Positions 24,702 through 32,000 of a stretch of DNA of 32,000 nt are shown here, piece after piece. The DNA comes from Candidatus Saccharimonadota bacterium (GTDB lineage Bacteria > Patescibacteriota > Saccharimonadia > Saccharimonadales > Saccharimonadaceae). The position numbers were made by a program, and so were the translations under genes. The stretch covers positions 540,001 through 572,000 of the forward strand of contig CP075337.1 in assembly GCA_025349965.1 (NCBI GenBank), read 5' to 3'. Under the pieces are notes generated by a model. The model worked only from the letters and a program-made list of their open reading frames with translations, did no database searches and was not told the DNA's origin. Every line of letters starts with the position of its first letter. Position 1 is the stretch's first letter.

Positions 24702-26441
24702 TTATCCTTTCGGCTGAATCTTTAGGTAATCAAGCATCCAGTTTGAAATTTCAGTAAAGACTGGCAATGCGTGCTGTGCACCTTGAAGGACTTTTCCTTC
24801 GCCGTACATTGATACCATTATGACATACTCAGGCTTTTCTGCACCCCCAAAGCCAACATAACTTGCGATTGTCTCTGAATCGCTATAGCCACCCGCTTTC
24901 GGCACCTGAGAAGTTCCTGTCTTACCACCAATAGTGTATCCAGGCTTATCAACGTGCGAAAAAGCAGAGGCGCGTGCTTTTTGTGTCATGTCACGGAGCT
25001 GCGCTGAAGTATCCGCACTAATAACACCCTTTTGCACTGGCTGGGGCTCTGCATTAGCTTTGTACGCGCCATCTTCCACGACACCATTTACAACAGTTGG
25101 CTTGTAATAGTTTCCGCCATTCACCACTGCACAGAAACCAGCAGCAACTTGCAGGGCGGTCGCATCCATACCCTGACCGAAGGTCATATTGGCGTACCGC
25201 ACCTCGTTCCCCTCTTGCTTATCTGGCGAAACAATTCCACCCGCCGCTTCTGCGGCAAGTTCTACACCCGAAGCTTGGCCAAGATGGAAGCGGTTATGAA
25301 AATAGTCATACATAGTATCGCGTGCAGTTTTTGTAATATTGCTGCCATTTCCGAGACGCTGACCTAATGTCACAAACCCTGTATTAAGCGACCAGTTCAT
25401 TGCTGTTTGGAATGTGATTGTCCCAGTCTTGCCTTTCGTTGCATTCTCAATCTTCGCATCATCTACCTGGATACGGTCTGTGTTATAAAAGGTGTCAGAG
25501 GCACGTGCAACACCTTTATCAATCGCGGTCGCCATCGTAAATGTCTTGATTGTTGAGCCCGGCTCGTAATTCTTAGCAATAGCCGCATTGTTGAAGAGAT
25601 TTCCATCAGTAACCTTGTAGTACTCAGCGGGATTAAAGTCCGGGTAATTTGCCATGCCCATGACCTTGCCATTATTTGGGTTCATCACCACAATGCTCAG
25701 CTGGTCAGTTCCCAGCTTCTTCGCGCGCTCTCGCGCCACATCTTCAATCTTGCTTTGGATAGTACGATCAATAGAGAGGACGAGATTGTCACCGTTCTTC
25801 GCCGGCTCACGAATATTCCGCCCACCTACCGTAAGTGGCACGTCACTCACATCAGTTACCGTCTCAAGACGTCCATCTTTTCCCGCCAACTGTTTATTTA
25901 AGAACCCTTCAACGCCATAATTACCAGCACCCTCGGCGTTTACGAAGCCAAGGACTTGTGACGCAAGCCGCCCCTCGGGATAGACACGCTGTGAGACCGC
26001 CTGAAAGCCAACTCCGGTCAACTTCTTCTCTTTAATCTTATCCGCTTGCGTACGAGTAAGCCGATACGCAATCACCTGATAGCGTGATTCTTTTTTCTTC
26101 ACCATGTCTTCAAAATCTTTACGTACGTTTCCGCCCGCGACAGACTTCATGACATCAATTACCTTATCAGCATCTTTAATGACAGCTGGGTCAACAAATA
26201 CCGTATACACCGTTTCATTCATCACAAGTTTCACAGGAGTGTCGCCACTCATTGCATAAATCTCACCGCGAGTTGCCGGGAGGCGCTCTCGCTTCACTTG
26301 TTCTTGCTGAGCCTGTGCGACGTAATGATCATGTTTAATGATCTGAAGATAAAAAAGCCGTAACGCAAAAACGACGGCAATAATCAGAACCAGCCGAGCA
26401 AGAATATTTGAACGGCTTCCCTTTACAAGTTCAGGCTTCAT
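24702..26441 (-). CDS. ftsI: Class B penicillin-binding protein (FtsI / PBP2-like transpeptidase)
   Basis: N-terminal TM helix. SxxK (GSTIKT), SxN (WSLNTG) and KTG (GKTGTS) motifs. TATACT (minus strand, 26448-26453) lies 6 nt upstream of the ATG. Confidence 0.9.
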   Translation of the reverse strand: MKPELVKGSRSNILARLVLIIAVVFALRLFYLQIIKHDHYVAQAQQEQVKRERLPATRGEIYAMSGDTPVKLVMNETVYTVFVDPAVIKDADKVIDVMKSVAGGNVRKDFEDMVKKKESRYQVIAYRLTRTQADKIKEKKLTGVGFQAVSQRVYPEGRLASQVLGFVNAEGAGNYGVEGFLNKQLAGKDGRLETVTDVSDVPLTVGGRNIREPAKNGDNLVLSIDRTIQSKIEDVARERAKKLGTDQLSIVVMNPNNGKVMGMANYPDFNPAEYYKVTDGNLFNNAAIAKNYEPGSTIKTFTMATAIDKGVARASDTFYNTDRIQVDDAKIENATKGKTGTITFQTAMNWSLNTGFVTLGQRLGNGSNITKTARDTMYDYFHNRFHLGQASGVELAAEAAGGIVSPDKQEGNEVRYANMTFGQGMDATALQVAAGFCAVVNGGNYYKPTVVNGVVEDGAYKANAEPQPVQKGVISADTSAQLRDMTQKARASAFSHVDKPGYTIGGKTGTSQVPKAGGYSDSETIASYVGFGGAEKPEYVIMVSMYGEGKVLQGAQHALPVFTEISNWMLDYLKIQPKG

Positions 26442-26468
26442 ACACTTAGTATATCGTATCCATTACCG

Positions 26469-26816
26469 TTATTCACTCACGTATTGAGTGCTGGCCGGCT
26501 TCACCATCTCACGCGCAACCGTGCTGTTCTTTACCGCTTCAAGTGCAGTGAGGCGTGCACTCTCTACCTCAAGTTCACTTTTTTGCTGATTCAACTCTGC
26601 AATTTGACTGTCAATCTTCTGCGCCTGATAGTCATACCCTGTTGTTCGAGTTGCCTGCGTCACATAAATCAAACCAAGAACAGTAATCATAAGGGCAACA
26701 AGTACCGTATGAGCGACTGGCCCAAGTTTGATTGCCGACTGGAAACGAGTCGTATTCTGGTTACGAGAAAAGCTCTGCTGCCTGCGGCTGTTGTAATATG
26801 TTGGTGTGTGTGACAT
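26469..26816 (-). CDS. ftsL: FtsL / septum-formation-initiator-like protein
   Basis: It lies between rsmH and ftsI. It has a single TM helix (VAHTVLVALMITVLGLIYV) followed by a coiled-coil segment (QIAELNQQKSELEVESARLTALEAV). Confidence 0.7.
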   Translation of the reverse strand: MSHTPTYYNSRRQQSFSRNQNTTRFQSAIKLGPVAHTVLVALMITVLGLIYVTQATRTTGYDYQAQKIDSQIAELNQQKSELEVESARLTALEAVKNSTVAREMVKPASTQYVSE

Positions 26817-26868
26817 GTGGTGGAACGTCTTTTTTATTTTTGTTTTGTATTTCTTTTGGTAGCTTAGG

Positions 26869-26897
26869 GTCGGCGCCTTGTCATGAAAGACGCCGAC
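26869..26897 (-). other. GC-rich hairpin in the rsmH-ftsL intergenic region
   Basis: GTCGGCG (26869-26875) pairs perfectly with CGCCGAC (26891-26897) around a 15-nt loop. Neither strand has a following U-tract. Confidence 0.4.
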
Positions 26898-27002
26898 AAC
26901 TCCCTAGTAAACTACTTTACGCGTACAGCAACTACTTGTGCTTGCTCTGCGTATTGTACTGGAATGTGAACTGGCATGATTTTTGTGCCCTTTCTTTTTT
27001 GT

Positions 27003-27890
27003 TTATTTTTTCACAGCAATCCGAAGCTTTGCGCTTCGTGATCGCGGATTGTGAACATCTTCAATGTCTCCGGCTATGGGCTTTTTAGTCTGAACGGTCA
27101 ATTCAGCCTCATATCCTGCCGCTGTCTGCTCTTTAAAGAACTGTTTGATTAAACGGTCCTCTAGACTGTGGAAGCTAATTACCCCTACTCTTCCGCCTGG
27201 CTTTAGAAGCTTTGGCAGTAATGGGAGCGTTCGCTCAACCTGTCCGAGTTCGTCGTTAACGGCAATACGGAGCGCTTGAAAGGTACGCGTGGCTGGGTGA
27301 ATCCGACGGATTTTGCCACGATGCTGCTGCTTGATACAGTTCGCGAGTTCAGCGGTATCCTTAAATGGCCGGTGCTCTACCATCACCTCTGCAATGCGTT
27401 TTGCCTGCATATATGGCTCTTCGCCATAGCGGTGGATGATATCCGTGAGCTCCTGTGAAGATGCGGTGTTTATAAGATCAGCAGCGGTTTTTTCGCCGCG
27501 CCTATCCATACGCATATCCAATGGACCATTGTGTGAGAAGGAAAACCCTCGTTCGCCCTGATCGAGCTGTGGTGACGACACCCCCAGATCAATCAGAATC
27601 ATGTCGAATGTCACGCCCTCTTCTGAAAGCTGCTGGGCAGCTGAGGCAAAATCAGTGTGCATAAGACGGACCCCCTTATCGGCCATGTGCTGTAAATGCT
27701 GAATTGCATAATCGTCACGGTCAACAAGGACGGATTCTTTAAAGTTTTCGGTTTTACTAAGCACTTCACCGGCATGGCCTGCATACCCGGCAGTTAAGTC
27801 TAAATACGACTCACCTTTCTGGGGTGCGAGTTCGCGCAGTGTAGCGTCTAATAAAACGGGAACATGATGTGGTGGATGTTCTTTACTCAT
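27003..27890 (-). CDS. rsmH: 16S rRNA (cytosine1402-N4)-methyltransferase
   Basis: Motifs HVPVLL, DLTAGYAGHA, DLGVSSPQLD and ISFHSLEDR. TATACT (minus strand, 27898-27903) lies 7 nt upstream of the ATG. Confidence 0.93.
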   Translation of the reverse strand: MSKEHPPHHVPVLLDATLRELAPQKGESYLDLTAGYAGHAGEVLSKTENFKESVLVDRDDYAIQHLQHMADKGVRLMHTDFASAAQQLSEEGVTFDMILIDLGVSSPQLDQGERGFSFSHNGPLDMRMDRRGEKTAADLINTASSQELTDIIHRYGEEPYMQAKRIAEVMVEHRPFKDTAELANCIKQQHRGKIRRIHPATRTFQALRIAVNDELGQVERTLPLLPKLLKPGGRVGVISFHSLEDRLIKQFFKEQTAAGYEAELTVQTKKPIAGDIEDVHNPRSRSAKLRIAVKK

Positions 27891-27949
27891 TTTCTATAGT
27901 ATACAATACTTTAGAAAGTCGAGACCACCTATCTGATAATAAGGCTGTT

Positions 27950-28215
27950 TGTTTTCGCATAGTGTGTTTGTTTTTGTAAAAGTCGGGTAAAGCGTTTTGA
28001 AAGTGCCTAAATGGTCACTGATAGGTCGCTTTACCAATTTGAGAGACTTATGTGAGGTGGAGTTTTTTGGGAGGTGTGTTTTAGGGAAGGTGCTACGGAG
28101 TGTTTAGTGTGTTTCCGCATGCCACTGCCTTATTACCAGGTAGTTGATCTCGAGAGTAGTTCGTTCTCTTAAGGATAATTTGTTAAGGTGTGTTTATTTC
28201 GGTCGGGTAACCTTT
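27950..28215. repeat. GT-skewed, repeat-bearing spacer between mraZ and rsmH
   Basis: GTGTGTTT occurs four times in direct orientation, starting at 27962, 28074, 28107 and 28188. GTCGGGTAA occurs twice (27982 and 28202), each time downstream of a GTGTGTTT and followed by TTTTGA. The ORF track lists no ORF inside the spacer. Confidence 0.6.
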
Positions 28216-28232
28216 TTTGAGGTTAGGTCAGT

Positions 28233-28607
28233 CTATTCGGTATCTCCAGCCATAATGCGCCAGTACTTGCCTGCTCGGACCGCAACAACGTCGCGTTCAA
28301 TCTCTGCATAGTCAAGAAGGTGCTGCTCTATGGTAACTCGCCCCTGTTTTTCGTCAAGTTCGGCTTCAGTTTTTCCGCGTCGGAACTGAACATTTACGTC
28401 AGCAATCTTTTCATCAAGAATGCTACCCTCTGCGTTCAATGCCGGCTCAACTTCATTTTCCCATACGCTTTTTGCGTAAAGGTGAAGATATGAACCAAAC
28501 CCACGAGTCACTACTACGCCGCCGGTAAATTCTTCACGAAGCTCTGACGGTATCGTCAATCGACGCTTATCATCAAGCTTTCGTTCAAAGTAATCTACTT
28601 TTGCCAC
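28233..28607 (-). CDS. mraZ: Transcriptional regulator MraZ (GTG start)
   Basis: Two SpoVT/AbrB-type repeats with the MraZ signature: LDDKRRLTIPSELRE and LDEKQGRVTIEQHLLDYA. It is the first gene of the dcw cluster. Confidence 0.85.
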   Translation of the reverse strand: MAKVDYFERKLDDKRRLTIPSELREEFTGGVVVTRGFGSYLHLYAKSVWENEVEPALNAEGSILDEKIADVNVQFRRGKTEAELDEKQGRVTIEQHLLDYAEIERDVVAVRAGKYWRIMAGDTE

Positions 28608-28722
28608 AGTCGCCTTTCGCTGGGGTTAATCTGGATTATTTTTAATGTATGTTTGTTTAGCGGGGACCGTTCCAGCCGCATCTTTTGTTCGGCGGGTGGT
28701 GGTTCCTTGTCCACTGCTCATT

Positions 28723-28757
28723 ACTATACTACCCACACTTACCCACTACAACCCCCA
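28723..28757 (-). promoter_or_regulatory. Candidate Pmra promoter with direct repeats resembling a MraZ operator
   Basis: The minus strand reads TGGGG-gttgtag-TGGGT-aagtg-TGGGT-ag-TATAGT. That gives TTGTAG, a 17-nt spacer and TATAGT, with two TGGGT boxes 5 nt apart inside the spacer and a third TGGGG box 7 nt upstream. Confidence 0.5.
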
Positions 28758-28897
28758 ATTTTGACAATTTTACATAAATGTTTCATTTATCCACAGTTTT
28801 GGGGAAAACTTAAGTTGGCATAAAACATATACCCCTAAAAATAGAAAGATACCGCATTTCGCAGCAGTATTCTTTCCGTAGTCTTTTTCGCAACTAG

Positions 28898-29929
28898 CTA
28901 TTGCGCAGCAATCTTCATAATCACCTTGGCAATAGAGCTCGTGTCATGACGTATCAACGAGCGCTTCCCTATCAAGCTATCAGCCTTGTTTGCCTTAGCA
29001 ATCGCCCCAAGAAAGTTTCCACTCACTGCAGTGTAGTGCGCAGCATCAAGCGCCACTTCATCTGGCTGAGAAAGCTTGCCACCCTCAGCATCATAGCGCT
29101 CAAGGATTTCCGGTGGTGGCGTTGCATCGTTATACACAACATAGTCAAGAAAATCACCGCCAGCAAGACGCTCAATCTCAGAGGCATGATCACTCACCGT
29201 AAACCCATCTGTCTGCCCCTGCTTGCTCACTAGATTAGAGACATAAATCTTTTTTGCTTTCGTTCGGCGCAGTGCGTCACCCACGCCATCAATAATTAAC
29301 AGCGGACCAAGCGAGGTGTAGATATCACCCGGCGCAATTACCACCACGTCCGCCTGTTCAATCGCTTTTATAGCCATTGGGTTGAGCGTTGCCGCTGGAG
29401 TAAGTGAGAGCGTCGCTTTGCGCGGGTCGTACATAAAATGCTCAGTGTCAATCACACGCTCGCCATGAAGCACAATGCTCTTATCCGCTTCGCCATCGCC
29501 GTCGAAATCCCAGCTCATCTTTAATCGTACATCATCGAGCGTGGCTGGAATTACCATACCTTTAATACCGAGGATTTCACCCGCGGTCTCTACAGCCTCG
29601 TTAAAGTCCCCCGTCATTTTCTCAAGCCCAGAAAGGAGCACGTTCCCGAGTGAATGCCCGCCAAATGTGCCAGAATCAAAACGGTACTGAAACATATCAC
29701 GCACCTTCGGCGAATCACTTAATGCCACAAGACACTGACGCACATCACCGGGCGGCAAGGCGCCTAGCTCATCTCGAAGCACGCCAGTACTTCCGCCATC
29801 ATCTGCCATGCTCACAATAGCCGCAATTTGGCTGGTGTGCCGCTTCAACGCAGAAAGCATCGTGAAGCTTCCCGTTCCCCCACCAATAACAGCTACTTTG
29901 ATTTCGTGACGCTCGAAGGGCTCTTTCAT
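28898..29929 (-). CDS. yvcK: YvcK/CofD-family protein (gluconeogenesis factor-like)
   Basis: Motifs KVAVIGGGTGSFTMLSALK and MADDGGSTGVLRDELGALPPGD. I prefer the ATG at 29929 over the TTG at 29956 because TACAAT (minus strand, 29936-29941) lies exactly 6 nt upstream. Confidence 0.82.
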   Translation of the reverse strand: MKEPFERHEIKVAVIGGGTGSFTMLSALKRHTSQIAAIVSMADDGGSTGVLRDELGALPPGDVRQCLVALSDSPKVRDMFQYRFDSGTFGGHSLGNVLLSGLEKMTGDFNEAVETAGEILGIKGMVIPATLDDVRLKMSWDFDGDGEADKSIVLHGERVIDTEHFMYDPRKATLSLTPAATLNPMAIKAIEQADVVVIAPGDIYTSLGPLLIIDGVGDALRRTKAKKIYVSNLVSKQGQTDGFTVSDHASEIERLAGGDFLDYVVYNDATPPPEILERYDAEGGKLSQPDEVALDAAHYTAVSGNFLGAIAKANKADSLIGKRSLIRHDTSSIAKVIMKIAAQ

Positions 29930-29933
29930 AACG

Positions 29934-31475
29934 CTATTGTACAATATCTTCGCCAAAATGTTTCTGTAACCGCATCTTTATCGAGCCTTCATGCCGCCCT
30001 AGCCGGTCACTCAGCTCTTTTACGCTCTCGCCCTGTTGGAAGTACTGCTTCAAATCAGTATCATCAGAAGCCGCCCATGGACGATATGCGTTTGGATACG
30101 TTTCGCGCATCTTCGCAATCTTATCAGACCAGCTAGATCCACCCTCGGTTTTCTTCTTTGGGGTAAGTCCCTTTTTCGCATCTTCAGCACGCTTCTCAGC
30201 CAGCTCCATTAAATGCGCAAACTGCTCTCGAGCCTCGGCAACTCTCTGCTGCAAATGCGCATCAATCGCCTGCGCCTCATCGCTCACCTTCAGTGCCATT
30301 TGGTTAATCCCCGCCAAGTAAAGTGTCTCAAGACTGCGCACACGGCTCAACGCCACATACCCCATTCCCTCAACAAACGCCTTGCGCAAGTCAACCCGCG
30401 CCGCGTCAAGCGTCATTCCCTGAGATTTATGCACGGTAATTGCCCATGCCAAACGAAGTGGAATCTGTGTAATTGAAGCACGTTTTTTATCGCCATCACG
30501 AAGCTCCCATGTATCCGGCTGCATCGTCACCTCTTTGCCATTTCTAAACTGCACAATTGGGTACTCGGTTGCCGGGTCAAAATCTACCACCACACCGATA
30601 CTTCCATTGGCATATTTACGATCAATACTATTCTTCACCGCCATCACCAAAGCGCCTTCCTTAAGACGCAATACCTCAGGCGCCAAAACGGATCGTTGCA
30701 AATTCTCAACATAGTTCTGCGCACCAGTCGTCACTTGATGGTAGGATAATTCATCACCCTCAACCTCAGCCAAACGCCGCTCGTTAATCGTATCAACGTC
30801 GATATTTACTGTATGGAGTTCCGTCAACTGCGACGGGTCATCTGGCTCAACCTCCGCTCGCTCCAAGAGTTTCTCTGCATGATGGCGACGGATATCCCCC
30901 GCCCGCAGTGCATTCAAAATCTCAAGCAAATGCTCATCTTCCTGACGATACTGCTCTTCAAGGTAACAGATTGTTGGGTTGAGCTCATTCCAAACTCGTG
31001 ATGACACCACAAACTGCCCAGCCTGCACATTTGAGCCACGTGTTACCGGAGGAAGCTGGAAAAAGTCACCAGACATAATAATTTGAATGCCGCCAAACGG
31101 AGTGTCTGGCTGCTTTCGGACCACGCGACACACTTCATCCACCATATCTAAACGGTAGCCATGCAACATACTAATCTCATCAATAATCAGCACGTCGGTC
31201 TTCTCAATAATCTCTCGACGCCCCTTCGCCATATGTTCGGCAAAGTTGCCCGGCAAAAAGTCATGAATGCCAATCCCAGACCAGGCGTGAATGGTTGTGC
31301 CGCCAAGATGCGTTGCCGCAAGCCCCGTGGTTGCCGTTACGGAAACATGCTTGCCATCAGCCTTGGCATACTTAATAAACTGATTCAGTACATAGGTCTT
31401 CCCCGACCCCGCTGGACCAGTCAGCAGTACACTTTCCCCCGAAAGCATTATCTCTAACGCAAGCTTTTGATTCAT
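29934..31475 (-). CDS. Pif1/RecD-like superfamily 1 helicase with a C-terminal HTH-like tail
   Basis: Walker A GPAGSGKT, ATTGLAATHLGGTTIH, Walker B LIIDEISM, TVHKSQGMTLD, YVALSRV. The C-terminal tail includes ESVKELSDRLGRHEGSIKMRLQK. TATACT lies 8 nt upstream of the ATG. Confidence 0.82.
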   Translation of the reverse strand: MNQKLALEIMLSGESVLLTGPAGSGKTYVLNQFIKYAKADGKHVSVTATTGLAATHLGGTTIHAWSGIGIHDFLPGNFAEHMAKGRREIIEKTDVLIIDEISMLHGYRLDMVDEVCRVVRKQPDTPFGGIQIIMSGDFFQLPPVTRGSNVQAGQFVVSSRVWNELNPTICYLEEQYRQEDEHLLEILNALRAGDIRRHHAEKLLERAEVEPDDPSQLTELHTVNIDVDTINERRLAEVEGDELSYHQVTTGAQNYVENLQRSVLAPEVLRLKEGALVMAVKNSIDRKYANGSIGVVVDFDPATEYPIVQFRNGKEVTMQPDTWELRDGDKKRASITQIPLRLAWAITVHKSQGMTLDAARVDLRKAFVEGMGYVALSRVRSLETLYLAGINQMALKVSDEAQAIDAHLQQRVAEAREQFAHLMELAEKRAEDAKKGLTPKKKTEGGSSWSDKIAKMRETYPNAYRPWAASDDTDLKQYFQQGESVKELSDRLGRHEGSIKMRLQKHFGEDIVQ

Positions 31476-31508
31476 CTCTTCTTAGTATACATCACCCAGA
31501 TGCAATAC

Positions 31509-32000
31509 TTATCCGCGCGGCGGCTCGCCCTCTGGTTCATCAAGTGGCTTTTTGCTCTTGATTTCATAGCGTTTGCCAGTAATTTCACTCGTAATATAAT
31601 CTTCATTAATAAGATTCACAAACATATCGAGATCATTGCCGTCCATGATGATAATCGCACCCTCGTCATCCGTCATAAGGTCAAGCTGCATCGTGTCAGC
31701 GTATTCGATCGCCTGCTCTTGAGTGACACTGCCAATCTCAAGTTTTTGTAGCTTATTTACAATCTTCTTTTTCTCCATCACCAATGACTGCAGGTTCGCG
31801 CCCTCGGCAAAACTGAGCTTGTACTGTTTTTCAATTTCCGCCACCTTCTTATCCGCAAGAAGCTGCTTCTTATATTCATAGTTAAAAATACGCTCAAACT
31901 TACTTTGGCTAAAGATGAAGATGTCTTTATCAATAATCAACACTTGGTTATCTGCAGGCACCTTCCAACCAAATTCAGGCGTAAAAGCACGGAATGAACC
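31509..32000 (-). CDS. 3' part of a larger ORF that runs off the window; possibly DUF4868 (KwaB-like), low confidence
   Basis: The frame is open from 31961 to base 32000 (...GSFRAFTPEFGWKVPADNQ...), so the GTG in the ORF track is probably internal. The C-terminus FVNLINEDYITSEITGKRYEIKSKKPL and the preceding layout resemble my recollection of DUF4868 C-termini. Confidence 0.5.
   Translation of the reverse strand, partial: GSFRAFTPEFGWKVPADNQVLIIDKDIFIFSQSKFERIFNYEYKKQLLADKKVAEIEKQYKLSFAEGANLQSLVMEKKKIVNKLQKLEIGSVTQEQAIEYADTMQLDLMTDDEGAIIIMDGNDLDMFVNLINEDYITSEITGKRYEIKSKKPLDEPEGEPPRG

Noticed and set aside
28787-28795. Perfect consensus DnaA box TTATCCACA upstream of mraZ, plus a one-mismatch box TTTTCCACA at 20089-20097 in the AT-rich block (possible oriC?)
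   Set aside because: These are single isolated boxes with no cluster. There is no dnaA or dnaN nearby, and no AT-rich unwinding element next to the perfect box. That is insufficient for an origin call.
1-32000. Scan for rRNA, tRNA, CRISPR arrays, transposases/IS ends and integrases
   Set aside because: By eye I found none of the following:
- a tRNA-like T-arm or acceptor pattern;
- a regularly spaced repeat array;
- a DDE, serine or tyrosine recombinase ORF.

A tRNAscan, Infernal and ISfinder run would be needed to be certain.

Overview
The window is dense, mostly chromosomal DNA with about 37 credible CDS and very short or overlapping gene junctions. I found no rRNA, tRNA, CRISPR array or transposase. 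The gene content suggests a small-genome, Gram-positive-like or candidate-phyla (Saccharibacteria-like) organism: a stripped-down dcw cluster, a sortase, an actinobacterial-type RpiB and a YvcK homologue. That taxonomic guess is inference only.

Layout, left to right:
- An unknown ORF and an XRE-type HTH gene.
- A carbohydrate and surface locus (1755-8677): a membrane-anchored, circularly permuted GH3 glycosidase, a DUF1801-like protein, a secreted protein, a sortase, and a canonical-order GH3 beta-glucosidase.
- A visibly AT-richer five-gene island (about 8690-13160). It holds an HsdR-N-like PD-(D/E)XK protein, a DUF4342-like protein, a membrane protein, and a convergent restriction-modification pair.
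- Housekeeping genes: an HExxH protein, an ABC permease and ATPase, rpiB, msrB and pgeF.
- An approximately 810-bp AT-rich non-coding block.
- A minus-strand dcw cluster: mraZ, rsmH, ftsL-like, ftsI, mraY, ftsW, murG, ftsQ.
- yvcK, a Pif1/RecD-like helicase, and a 5'-truncated ORF at the right edge.

The best candidate for something new is the R-M pair. Its C5 methyltransferase is fused in frame behind a complete LexA module (HTH plus S24 autoprotease).

Other notable signals:
- A pervasive leaderless-gene promoter architecture (TAnnnT-N6-ATG).
- TGGGT direct repeats, resembling a MraZ operator, in a promoter upstream of mraZ.
- A repeat-bearing, GT-skewed 342-bp spacer that splits mraZ from rsmH.
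- 17-mer direct repeats near the two ends of the AT-rich block.

All domain assignments come from motif recognition by eye. No searches were run.
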